A DNA stretch of 50,295 nucleotides, taken from the NCBI GenBank assembly GCA_963609095.1, contig CAVDHX010000083.1, positions 1-50,295 of the forward strand, read 5' to 3'. Origin of the DNA: Sphaerochaetaceae bacterium (GTDB lineage: Bacteria > Bacillota_I > Bacilli_A > RF39 > UBA660). Of this stretch, positions 18,405 to 28,013 are shown one piece after another. The position numbers were made by a program, and so were the translations under genes. Within the stretch, counting starts at the first letter, position 1; every line of letters begins with the position of its first letter. Below the pieces are notes generated by a model that saw only the letters and a program-made list of their open reading frames with translations, was not told the origin of the DNA and searched no databases.

Positions 18405-21344
18405 ATGTATTTAAAATCATTAAAAGCTCATGGATTTAAGTCATTTGCTGATAAAACTAATTTAGAATTTTCAAATGGTATAAACGGTATTGTTGGACCA
18501 AATGGTTCTGGTAAAAGTAATGTAGTTGATGCTATTAGATGGGTATTAGGAGAACAATCTGTAAAATCATTAAGAGGCGACGGAACTATGAGCGATGTTA
18601 TTTTTTCAGGTAGTAAATCTCGTAATGCTATGAACGTCGCATCTGTTAGTCTACTTTTTGATAATAAGGATAAATATTTACCTTATGATTATGATGAAAT
18701 TGAAATTAAAAGAAGAGTATATAAAGATGGAACAAATGAATATTATTTAAATGGAGAAAAAGTTAGATTAAAAGATTTAACTAATTTACTTTTAGATAGT
18801 GGGATTGCTAAAGAAAGTTTTAATATTATCTCACAAGGTAAAATTGAAAGTATAATTAGTAGTAAACCTGCAGATAGAAGAGTAATTTTTGAAGAAGCTT
18901 CTGGAGTTTTAAAATATAAAAGAAGAAAAGAAGAAGCTATTAAAAAGCTAGAAAAAACACATGATAATAAAAAAAGAATTAATGATATTATATTAGAACT
19001 TACATCTAGGCTAGAACCTTTAAAAATAGCTAAAGAAAAAGCATTAGAATATAAAGAGGTTAATGGTAAATTAGAAAATTTAGAAATATCTTTAATTACA
19101 GAAGAAATTACTAATATTAATTTTGAATATCAGAGTTCTAAAGATAAAGTTGATATTTTAAACCAAGAAGTTATAAAGTTAATGACAAGTGGTAATCAAA
19201 ATGAAGCCAAAATAGAAAAATATAAAAATGATATAGTTTCATTAGATGAACAAATTAAAATTATGCAAAATAAAATATTAGAATTAACTACTTTATCGGA
19301 AAGATTAAATAGCCAAAAAAATTTAATTAATGAAAGACAAAAAAATAAAGTAGAAGATGCACGACTTCATGATAATATTTTAAATTTAAAAGAAAAACAA
19401 TTAAATACCGAAAATAATATTTCTATGCAGATGAATGAAATCGCTGATTTAAAAAATGATATTGAAAATTTAGATAAAAATAAAATAAATATTCAAACAA
19501 AACAAAATGAGATAAAACAAAATAAAAATACAATTGAGGTTAAATTAACTAATTTAATTAGAGAAAAAACAAATTTAGAATTTAAAATAGAAAGTTTAAA
19601 GTCATCAATAGAAAATGGTGGTTCTTTACCACAACCAGTTAGAAGTGTTTTAAATAACCCTAAACTACGAGGTATTCATAATGCTTTAGGTAATTTAATT
19701 GAAGTTGAAAATAAATATTCAACAGCAATTACAACATCATTAGGTTATAATACCAATAACATAATAGTAGATAATTCAAAAGCCGCAAAAGAAGCTATTA
19801 ATTATTTAAAACAAATAGGAAGAGCTACATTTTTTCCTTTAGATGTCATTAAACCAAAATATATTGATAATAATACTTTAAATATTATTAAACAGGCTAA
19901 TGGTTTTATTGATATTGCTAGTAATTTAGTAAAACATGAAAATATATATAATAATATTATTTTAAATCAACTTGGAAATATTATTGTTGTAGATAATATT
20001 GATAATGCGAATGCGTTAAGTAAAAAAATATTAAATAAATATCGTATAGTAACTTTAGATGGTGAAATTATTCATGTTGGTGGTTCAATGACTGGTGGTA
20101 AATTAGCCAAAACACGTAATATAATTGCTGATAAGTATGAATTAGAGACTGCACAAAAATTAAAAGAAAATGTAATCTTAAAAATTAAAGAAATAGAAAA
20201 TGAAATAAATGAAATTGATTATAATCTAAAAGCATATGATGATAAAATTTATTTAATTGATAAAGATAAAATGTTAAAAACAGATTCTTTGAATAATAAA
20301 AATAATCTTTTAAGTAATTTAAAAAATGATTTAAATCAAATAAATTTTGATATCAATAGTATAAATAAAATGATTTCAGGCGGTCTTTCAAATGAAGAAG
20401 AAGAAATTTTAAATAAGTATTATGCAGCTGTTAAAACAAAAAATGAAGCTGAAGCTGAAGCTAATAATTTAAATAAAGAAAAAAATAACTTAAATGAATT
20501 ATTAGAGGATTATGAAAAATCACTTAAAAAAGAAAATAATTTATATACAGCTAAATCAAACGAATTAAAAGATTTAGAAATAAAAGCAAGTAGAGCAGAA
20601 GTAAAATTAGATAATTTACTTGCAACTTTAAGTGAAACATATAGTATGACATATGAAAAAGCAAAAGAAAATTATAAACTTGATATAGATTTTTCGGTAG
20701 CAAAAAATGAAGTCAATAAATTAAAAAGAAAATTAAAAGAAATAGGCCCTGTTAATTTATCCGCACCAGAAGAATTTACTGAAGTAAATACAAGGTATGA
20801 ATTTTTACAAAATCAAATGAACGATTTGGAAAATGCTGAAAATACATTACTTGAAATAATTGATGAAATGGATAAAGTTATGATAAATGATTTTTCTAAC
20901 ACGTTTAAAACTATCAGTATTAACTTTTCTGAAACCTTTAAAGAACTATTTAATGGTGGTCATGCAGAATTAAAATTAACTGAACCAAATAATATTTTAG
21001 AAACTGGTATTGATATAATAGCATCTCCTCCTGGTAAAAAATTAAGCAGTATTTCATTACTATCAGGTGGCGAAAAAACATTGACTGCAATAAGTTTATT
21101 ATTTGCAATTATAAAATCAAAACCTTCTCCTTTTTGCATATTAGATGAAGTAGAAGCAGCTTTAGATGAAGCAAATGTTGATACATTTGGTAAATATGTA
21201 CAAAAATTAAAAGAAAAATCACAATTTATAATAATTACTCACAAAAAGAAAACTATGGAATATGCAGATATTTTATATGGTATAACAATGCAAGAATCTG
21301 GTGTCAGTAAACTTGTGAGTGTAAAATTAGAAGAAATAAAATAA
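18405..21344 (+). CDS. smc: chromosome segregation protein SMC (short, ~980 aa form)
   Basis: MYLKSLKAHGFKSFADKT...GPNGSGKSNVVDAIRWVLGEQS (Walker A), long Lys/Glu/Asn coiled coils, a hinge, LSGGEKTLTAISLLFA (signature) and FCILDEVEAALD (Walker B). ATG 18405 follows AGGAAGTG. Confidence 0.9.
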   Translation: MYLKSLKAHGFKSFADKTNLEFSNGINGIVGPNGSGKSNVVDAIRWVLGEQSVKSLRGDGTMSDVIFSGSKSRNAMNVASVSLLFDNKDKYLPYDYDEIEIKRRVYKDGTNEYYLNGEKVRLKDLTNLLLDSGIAKESFNIISQGKIESIISSKPADRRVIFEEASGVLKYKRRKEEAIKKLEKTHDNKKRINDIILELTSRLEPLKIAKEKALEYKEVNGKLENLEISLITEEITNINFEYQSSKDKVDILNQEVIKLMTSGNQNEAKIEKYKNDIVSLDEQIKIMQNKILELTTLSERLNSQKNLINERQKNKVEDARLHDNILNLKEKQLNTENNISMQMNEIADLKNDIENLDKNKINIQTKQNEIKQNKNTIEVKLTNLIREKTNLEFKIESLKSSIENGGSLPQPVRSVLNNPKLRGIHNALGNLIEVENKYSTAITTSLGYNTNNIIVDNSKAAKEAINYLKQIGRATFFPLDVIKPKYIDNNTLNIIKQANGFIDIASNLVKHENIYNNIILNQLGNIIVVDNIDNANALSKKILNKYRIVTLDGEIIHVGGSMTGGKLAKTRNIIADKYELETAQKLKENVILKIKEIENEINEIDYNLKAYDDKIYLIDKDKMLKTDSLNNKNNLLSNLKNDLNQINFDINSINKMISGGLSNEEEEILNKYYAAVKTKNEAEAEANNLNKEKNNLNELLEDYEKSLKKENNLYTAKSNELKDLEIKASRAEVKLDNLLATLSETYSMTYEKAKENYKLDIDFSVAKNEVNKLKRKLKEIGPVNLSAPEEFTEVNTRYEFLQNQMNDLENAENTLLEIIDEMDKVMINDFSNTFKTISINFSETFKELFNGGHAELKLTEPNNILETGIDIIASPPGKKLSSISLLSGGEKTLTAISLLFAIIKSKPSPFCILDEVEAALDEANVDTFGKYVQKLKEKSQFIIITHKKKTMEYADILYGITMQESGVSKLVSVKLEEIK

Positions 21345-21353
21345 TTTATACTG

Positions 21354-21372
21354 GAAGGCAGAGCCTTCTTTT
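21354..21372 (+). terminator. terminator after smc
   Basis: GAAGGC-AGA-GCCTTC followed by TTTT. Confidence 0.6.
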
Positions 21373-21375
21373 CAT

Positions 21376-21404
21376 TTGAAAAATAATTAAAATTGTTGTA
21401 TAAT
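21376..21404 (+). promoter_or_regulatory. candidate promoter (TTGAAA-17-TATAAT)
   Basis: Read directly, 25 nt upstream of the GGGGGAG RBS of the next gene. Confidence 0.45.
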
Positions 21405-21429
21405 AACAAGCCTAAAAGGGGGAGATATT

Positions 21430-22485
21430 ATGTTAAAAGAATATTTAAAGAAAGAAAATTATAATATAATGCAAATAGAAAAAATCGTTAATTTTATAAA
21501 GCAAAATAGAGTTTTAGAACAAACAGCGATTAAAAATTTGGAAAATATAAGTGAATATTTTCATTTGAAAGGTTATAATAATATTCAAATTAAGAAATTA
21601 ATTATGCGTAGTTTGGTATTATGTAATTATCATATTGAAAAATTGGATATAAAAAGGAATTATTTTTTGAATTTAGGATTTACTGATGATGAAATAAATA
21701 AAATGAGTATAAAATCTACAATTATATATTGTTATAACTTAGATATTATTGAAAACCGATATAATTTTTTGCTAAATTATTTTGAAAAACAAGATTTACA
21801 TAAAATGCTTTTAAATTTTCCGAATATATTAAATTTTAAAAAAGAAAAAATAATTAAAAGAAGAAATTATTTAAAATCTTTAGGATTTACAGATAAAGAA
21901 ATAAATAAAATGAGTAAACATTTGCCGAGTATATATGCACACAGCACACAATCTTTAGAAGAAAAAAGAGAATATTTTGTTTCAATCGGTTTTAAGCAAA
22001 ATGAGATTAATAAAATGATAATATCTTTACCTAATATTTATGGATATTCAATTTCAAATTTAAGTGATAAGTATAATTATTTGTTAAATTATGGTTATAG
22101 TGAAGAAGAAGTTCATAAAATGATTGTTAATTTTCCTGAAATATTTAGTTTAAACAAAGAAAATTTAGAAAAAAAATTTCATTATTATGAAACTTTAAAT
22201 CTTCATAATGTTGTTGTTAATCAAACAAAAAGATTAATGCAAAGTATTGAACTTACATATGCTAGAAATTGTTTTCTAGCAAGTAATTATATCTTAATTA
22301 ATGAAAACAATTATCGTTTACTATTTTTAGACAGCACTAGATTTTTAAAAAAATTCAACATTGATAAAGAAAAACTTTTAGAAATTTATCCATATAATGA
22401 TTTCGAAAAATATCTAGAAAATAATAATTTAGTTTATTTTGATGAAAAAAACAATTATAAAAAATACAATAAAACTTTGAAATAA
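21430..22485 (+). CDS. mTERF-repeat (mitochondrial transcription termination factor-like) protein, paralogue A
   Basis: About 7-8 tandem ~35-aa units, for example LKSLGFTDKEINKMSKHLPSIYAHSTQSLEEKREYF and VSIGFKQNEINKMIISLPNIYGYSISNLSDKYNYL. They fit the mTERF motif (LG-F/Y-s..ei..i....P.i...s...L..k..fL). The C-terminal ...SIELTYARNCFL resembles mTERF tails. Confidence 0.6.
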   Translation: MLKEYLKKENYNIMQIEKIVNFIKQNRVLEQTAIKNLENISEYFHLKGYNNIQIKKLIMRSLVLCNYHIEKLDIKRNYFLNLGFTDDEINKMSIKSTIIYCYNLDIIENRYNFLLNYFEKQDLHKMLLNFPNILNFKKEKIIKRRNYLKSLGFTDKEINKMSKHLPSIYAHSTQSLEEKREYFVSIGFKQNEINKMIISLPNIYGYSISNLSDKYNYLLNYGYSEEEVHKMIVNFPEIFSLNKENLEKKFHYYETLNLHNVVVNQTKRLMQSIELTYARNCFLASNYILINENNYRLLFLDSTRFLKKFNIDKEKLLEIYPYNDFEKYLENNNLVYFDEKNNYKKYNKTLK

Positions 22486-22750
22486 AAGTAATTTAAATAA
22501 ACAATTGCGTGTTTACTATTGAAAATAGTATTTAATAACGTAATTCAGAAATTTTGCCTGGAGTTGTTATAGCATATTAACAGTGAATATTACAAGTAAT
22601 GCAACCAAAAATTAACACAGCAAAACATATTAGAAACACATCTTGATATAATCGCACCACCTCTAGGTAAAAAATTATTCCTTTATGGAATTTTTATTTT
22701 AAAAGTTTATTATTTTAGTGTATAATATGTAACTAAAAGAAGGAGATAAT

Positions 22751-23803
22751 ATGTTAGAAGAATACTTAAAAAATAAAAATTATAACATAAAACAAATAAA
22801 AAAAATTACTGATTTTGCAAAGAAAAATGGAACTTTAGAACAAACAATGATAGCAAATATTGAAAGCATGAATAAATATTTAAAAACAAAAAGATATAAT
22901 AAAAATCAAATAGAAAAATTAATCATGAAAAATATATTTTTATATAATTGTCATACAGAAACATTAGAAAAGAAAAGAAATTTCTTTATACATTTAAAAT
23001 TTACTGAAAATGAAATAAATAAAATGAGTATTAAATCTTCCGCTATATATTCCTATAATATAAAAACAATAGAAGAAAGATATAATTTTTTATTAAATTT
23101 TTACAATAAAAATGAACTACACGGAATATTATTAATGTTTCCAAACATATTAAATTTAAAAAAAGAAAAAATAATTAAAAGAAGAAATTACCTAAAATCA
23201 TTAGGATTTTCAGAAAATGAAATAAACAAAATAAGTAAACACCTACCAAGTATATATGCTTATAGTATGCAATATTTAGAAGAAAAAAGAAACTATTTTA
23301 TTTCAATCGGTTTTAAACCAGAAGAAATAATTAAAATAATTGTTACAATGCCAAATATTTATGGCTATTCAATTGAAAACTTAAAAGATAAATATAACTA
23401 CTTAATAAACTATGGATATAGCAAAAAAGAAGTTCATCAAATGATTATTAATTTCCCAGAAATATTTAACTTAAAAAAAGAAAATTTAGAAAAAAAATTT
23501 CATTATTATGAAACTTTAAATCTTCATAATGTTGTTATTAATCAAACAAAAAGATTGATTCAAAGCACTGAACTTACATATGCTAGAAGTTGCTTTCTAG
23601 CAAGCAGCTATATCTTAATTAATGAAAATAATTATCGTATTTTATTTCTAGATAATGATAGATTTTCTAAAAAATTTAATATTAAAAAAGCCAAACTTTT
23701 AAAAAAATATCCATATGATAAATATGAAGAAAATTTAGAAAAAGGTAATTTAATATATTTTGATAAAAATAATTGTAAAAAATATGTTAAGACTTTAAAA
23801 TAA
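22751..23803 (+). CDS. mTERF-repeat protein, paralogue B
   Basis: Collinear with paralogue A at a constant 1321-nt offset and with the same repeat architecture. One codon is deleted near the C-terminus. Confidence 0.6.
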   Translation: MLEEYLKNKNYNIKQIKKITDFAKKNGTLEQTMIANIESMNKYLKTKRYNKNQIEKLIMKNIFLYNCHTETLEKKRNFFIHLKFTENEINKMSIKSSAIYSYNIKTIEERYNFLLNFYNKNELHGILLMFPNILNLKKEKIIKRRNYLKSLGFSENEINKISKHLPSIYAYSMQYLEEKRNYFISIGFKPEEIIKIIVTMPNIYGYSIENLKDKYNYLINYGYSKKEVHQMIINFPEIFNLKKENLEKKFHYYETLNLHNVVINQTKRLIQSTELTYARSCFLASSYILINENNYRILFLDNDRFSKKFNIKKAKLLKKYPYDKYEENLEKGNLIYFDKNNCKKYVKTLK

Positions 23804-23837
23804 AAATACTTTCATGTATAATTAAAAAGGTGATAAA

Positions 23838-25427
23838 ATGTTAAAAGTAAATAATTTGTGTGTTCGCTATGGTAAAAGAGTTTTATTTGATGATGTTAAT
23901 TTAGAATTTTCATCTGGTAATTGTTATGGAGTAATAGGTGCGAATGGTGCAGGCAAATCAACTTTTTTAAAAATATTAATGGGTCAAATTGATAGTACTA
24001 AAGGTGACGTTATTAAAGGTAACGATGAACGCATTTCCTATTTAAAACAAGATCATAACATATATAATGACTACACTGTAATTGATACTGTCATAATGGG
24101 TAATGATAGACTATATAAAATTATGAAAGAAAAAGAAACTTTATATATGAAAGAAAACTTCACAAATGAAGATGGTATTAAAGTAGCAAAATTAGAAGAT
24201 GAATTTGCATCTTTAAATGGATGGGAAGCAGAAAGCGATGCATCTATACTATTATCTGGTCTTGGACTTAATATAGACTTATATGATAAAAAAATGGGCA
24301 CTTTAAAAGACAAAGATAAAGTAAAAGTATTACTGGCTCAAGCCTTATTTGGAAAACCAGATATATTACTACTAGATGAACCAACTAACGGATTAGATAT
24401 TCAAAGTAAAATATGGCTTGAAAATTTTTTATTAGACTTTAATGGAACTATTATTTTAGTATCTCATGACAGACATTTTTTAAATAAGGTTTGTACTCAT
24501 ATGGTTGATATTGATAGAGAAAGAATTCAAATAACAGTTGGTAATTATGATTTTTGGTATAAATCAAATGAACTTATGCAAAAGCAAATAAAACAATCTA
24601 ATAAGAAAAAAGAAGAAAAAATAAAAGAATTGCAATCATTTATTGCTAGATTCTCAGCAAACGCTTCTAAATCTAAACAAGCAACATCAAGAAAAAAATC
24701 ACTTGAAAAAATAACCTTAGATGAATTAAAACCATCCACTAGAAAATATCCTTATATTAATTTTGAATATGAAAAAAGGTTAGGAAAAGAAATAATAACA
24801 TTAAGTAAAATTAACGTTACTATTGATAATAAAACAATAATAAAAAACTTAAATCTCAATATTAAAAAAGATGATAGAATAGCCTTAATCGGAGAAAATG
24901 AAATAGCTAAAACAACACTACTTCAAATTCTAGCAGGTGAAAAAACACCCGATAGTGGAGAAATTAAATTTGGGTCAACCGTTTTAACGTCTTATTTTCC
25001 TAAAAATCATGATAAATATTTTAAAGAAGATACAGATTTAGTAGAATGGCTAAGAAAATTTTCTGAAAATAAAGATGACAGCTTTGTTAGAGGATTCTTA
25101 GGAAGAATGCTATTTTCATCAGAAGAAGCTTTGAAAAAAGTAAATGTATTATCTGGTGGTGAAAAAGTAAGGTGTATGTTTGCCAAAATGATGTTAAATA
25201 AAGGTAACGTTTTGTTATTGGATGAGCCAACAAACCATTTAGATATTGAATCAATCACATCATTAAATAATGGTTTAAATAAATTTGACGGTCCAATCGT
25301 ATTTGCAACATTTGATACAGAACTCATCTCAACACTTGCCAATAGATTAATTCTAATTAAAGACGATGGTACATATATTGACAAACAAATGACATACGAT
25401 GAATATTTAGAAAAATATGAATGTTAA
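23838..25427 (+). CDS. ABC-F family ATPase (two NBDs, no TM domain; translation-factor type)
   Basis: Two Walker A motifs (GANGAGKST; GENEIAKTT, degenerate), two signatures (second LSGGEKVR), Walker B LLLDEPTN twice, and a Lys-rich inter-domain linker. Confidence 0.85.
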   Translation: MLKVNNLCVRYGKRVLFDDVNLEFSSGNCYGVIGANGAGKSTFLKILMGQIDSTKGDVIKGNDERISYLKQDHNIYNDYTVIDTVIMGNDRLYKIMKEKETLYMKENFTNEDGIKVAKLEDEFASLNGWEAESDASILLSGLGLNIDLYDKKMGTLKDKDKVKVLLAQALFGKPDILLLDEPTNGLDIQSKIWLENFLLDFNGTIILVSHDRHFLNKVCTHMVDIDRERIQITVGNYDFWYKSNELMQKQIKQSNKKKEEKIKELQSFIARFSANASKSKQATSRKKSLEKITLDELKPSTRKYPYINFEYEKRLGKEIITLSKINVTIDNKTIIKNLNLNIKKDDRIALIGENEIAKTTLLQILAGEKTPDSGEIKFGSTVLTSYFPKNHDKYFKEDTDLVEWLRKFSENKDDSFVRGFLGRMLFSSEEALKKVNVLSGGEKVRCMFAKMMLNKGNVLLLDEPTNHLDIESITSLNNGLNKFDGPIVFATFDTELISTLANRLILIKDDGTYIDKQMTYDEYLEKYEC

Positions 25428-25471
25428 GTCATTTAATCTATGTTAAATCAATTATTATATTTAAAATTAAA

Positions 25472-25495
25472 AACCTTATGGAAAGCCATAAGGTT
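25472..25495. terminator. bidirectional terminator shared by convergent genes
   Basis: AACCTTATGG-AAAG-CCATAAGGTT (10-bp stem) flanked by an A-run and a T-run. The stop of the minus-strand gene (25494..25496) overlaps the 3' end of the stem. Confidence 0.75.
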
Positions 25496-27071
25496 ATTTT
25501 ATATTATCAAATGAATATTTAAATACTCTATATGCATATTTTTTAGCATTATATTTAAATTGTTTTATTAAATTACCATCACTGTCATATTCACCAAACG
25601 AATTATCTTTACCACTTCCAACTATGATATTATCTTCATATAGTTGAACATCGCTTACTATACTTGAATAAGGCACTTTTATACTTGTTACCAAAGTGTA
25701 TGTTTTATCATTGTCATTTACCTTATATTTATAAAAATATGATGTTTCTCCAGAAGTATATGAACCTATATTTGGAAAGTTTGACCAAGATATATCTTTC
25801 CTTGTCGTTATATTTCCAAAATTATTATTAAACATTGTTAAATAATATTCATCCTCTCCAGAAATGTATGTTACTGCATGTTGTCCTGCTTGTGATGTAA
25901 AATCATTAGTTTTAGTATATAGTAAGTTTTTATAACTTGTTCCTTCTAACATTGATTCATCAGCTAATAAGTATTTTATCTTAGGATTTGTTTTATAATT
26001 AGTAACATAAATAATCATACTAAGTTCTCTTGATGAAAGTATAGCATCATTTCCTTTTATACTAATACTATTTATATGAATCCAATCTAAAGCAGTTCCT
26101 CCATAGCTATTTTTTCCTGGATTTACAGCTTTTTTATAAAGCTCTGGCAATAAATTTTTCATATCTAATACCTTATTTATTTTACTGGTTTCAAGATCAA
26201 GGGTAATAACTACATCTTCAATTGTTTCTGTGTTATCTTCATTTACTAAAATTGATAATTTATTTCCATCCAAAACCATGTCGTGATGCATAGAATAATT
26301 TCCAAGATTATATATTTTTTCTATTTTACCCAAGGAATTTACCTTGATTATACCTTTTTTAGAGTAAGGATAATACATATAATTATCCTTAAATATTATT
26401 CTGTCCGCTCTATAGCTATCTAATACTAGTTCATTTCTTAATATTCCTTCATTATCATATAGATAAATATTTGATGCATAGTTTTTATCATGGCCTAAAA
26501 CAGTATATAGACCATTTGTTAATTTTTCGCTTGAACCTGTTGTTTGAAGTTTAGTATCTATATTATTGTTTGAAGGTGTTGTTATTTTAATTTGTTTTTT
26601 ATTTTTACCACTTGTTAAAGTTAAAGTATTTGTTTTACCTGGTATGAACCCTATTAGCTGGTGTTCCTTTTTATTATTTAAACTATTTATATAATCACTA
26701 TAACCAGTTGTTTCAATTTTATAGTTAAGATTTTTATAAGATTTACCTAGATATACATAATATGATTGCATACCAGTACCATATGGATTATATATTATAA
26801 GAGGATTATTAATTGAATAGTTTTGTTTTGCTTTTAAATCCTTAATTTTTTGTTCAATTACATTTTGATAATTAATATTAAATATTGATATTTTTTCTTT
26901 CGTTTTTACCTCATAAACTCCTTCACTGTTTTTTTCTAAGGTGATGGTATTATTTAGCCATAAAAGATTATTTTGTTTATTTTTTTGAAAATTTGTATAC
27001 AATATTTTTATTAGAAATCCTATTATTGTAATGGTTAATAGAATTAAAATTATTTTTATAAATTTTTTCAT
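25494..27071 (-). CDS. membrane-anchored arylsulfotransferase (ASST)-like beta-propeller protein
   Basis: N-terminal signal anchor. The stretch YSMHHDMV...GTALDWIHINSISIKGNDAILSSRELSMIIYV resembles ASST-family signature regions. This is from memory, with no search. Confidence 0.45.
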   Translation of the reverse strand: MKKFIKIILILLTITIIGFLIKILYTNFQKNKQNNLLWLNNTITLEKNSEGVYEVKTKEKISIFNINYQNVIEQKIKDLKAKQNYSINNPLIIYNPYGTGMQSYYVYLGKSYKNLNYKIETTGYSDYINSLNNKKEHQLIGFIPGKTNTLTLTSGKNKKQIKITTPSNNNIDTKLQTTGSSEKLTNGLYTVLGHDKNYASNIYLYDNEGILRNELVLDSYRADRIIFKDNYMYYPYSKKGIIKVNSLGKIEKIYNLGNYSMHHDMVLDGNKLSILVNEDNTETIEDVVITLDLETSKINKVLDMKNLLPELYKKAVNPGKNSYGGTALDWIHINSISIKGNDAILSSRELSMIIYVTNYKTNPKIKYLLADESMLEGTSYKNLLYTKTNDFTSQAGQHAVTYISGEDEYYLTMFNNNFGNITTRKDISWSNFPNIGSYTSGETSYFYKYKVNDNDKTYTLVTSIKVPYSSIVSDVQLYEDNIIVGSGKDNSFGEYDSDGNLIKQFKYNAKKYAYRVFKYSFDNIK

Positions 27072-27178
27072 AATTCACTCCCTTTAGTAATTATGTTATC
27101 CAAAAAGAGTGAAATTAAAATGAAATATTTGTAAAAAATGCATGAAAAAAAGTCTTTCAAAGACCTTTATTTTTAAAA

Positions 27179-27255
<77 letters not shown>

Positions 27256-27275
27256 AGCTTTGCTTGACACAAACA

Positions 27276-27304
27276 ATTATACTATAACTTTACACATTTT
27301 TCAA
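27276..27304 (-). promoter_or_regulatory. tRNA-Arg promoter (TTGAAA-17-TATAAT on the minus strand)
   Basis: Reverse complement reads TTGAAA AATGTGTAAAGTTATAG TATAAT. The -10 ends about 20 nt before the mature 5' end. Confidence 0.5.
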
Positions 27305-27311
27305 TAGTGTT

Positions 27312-27340
27312 TTTACCTTTTTATTAAAAAATGTTATAAT
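27312..27340 (+). promoter_or_regulatory. candidate promoter of the 27363-eno-pilin operon (TTTACC-17-TATAAT with TG extension)
   Basis: TGTTATAAT at 27332..27340. Confidence 0.4.
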
Positions 27341-27362
27341 TAACATAGAAAGAGGAATATAT

Positions 27363-28013
27363 ATGGGCTATAAAATCAATGATTATTTTCTACAATTAAA
27401 ATCAATAATAATGAAGGAACTTAACATAGTTACTGAATTAAGCGATGAAGAGTTAAAAAATAATTTGGATTTTTTAATAGCTTCTTTTGAGGATGAATTT
27501 AAAAATATTTATCCTTCATTGTTTATTTATACATATTATAAAAAATTATTAGATGGCAGCTTTAATAATATTCTATTTTTTGTTTTAAATAAAAAAACAT
27601 TAAATATCGATGGAAAAGAAAATATATTGAAACAGGAAAGAAATGATATGAAAAATTCTTTAGATATGATTGGAATGGAGTATATTAATAACTGCTTTGT
27701 TAGTAAGATTAGTGGAAAAACCTTTAATAGTAATCAAAAAGCTGATGAAATAATAAATAATGATGATGTCTTTCTAAGGCCTCCTAAGGGAGACCCTAAA
27801 TTGATTGGACCTCATGCACTTCCAACTTTAGCTTATGATTCTGATTACTGGGTTAAATTTAAAGATGATATGTGTGAATATATTTCTCAATTTGAAAAGA
27901 ATAATGATAGAGAAGAAATAAAAAATTATTATTCTTGCGTAAAGATGTATAATGCTTATATTACAGTATTAGGCATGAAAAATTTAGAGGGAGGAAATTA
28001 TGTCAAAAATTAA
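27363..28013 (+). CDS. hypothetical protein (no recognisable motif)
   Basis: 216-aa ORF with GAGGAA RBS. Its end overlaps eno by 14 nt and contains the eno RBS. Confidence 0.5.
   Translation: MGYKINDYFLQLKSIIMKELNIVTELSDEELKNNLDFLIASFEDEFKNIYPSLFIYTYYKKLLDGSFNNILFFVLNKKTLNIDGKENILKQERNDMKNSLDMIGMEYINNCFVSKISGKTFNSNQKADEIINNDDVFLRPPKGDPKLIGPHALPTLAYDSDYWVKFKDDMCEYISQFEKNNDREEIKNYYSCVKMYNAYITVLGMKNLEGGNYVKN

Noticed and set aside
24071-25384. Three minus-strand ORFs inside the ABC-F gene
   Set aside because: Antisense shadows with no RBS and no motifs.
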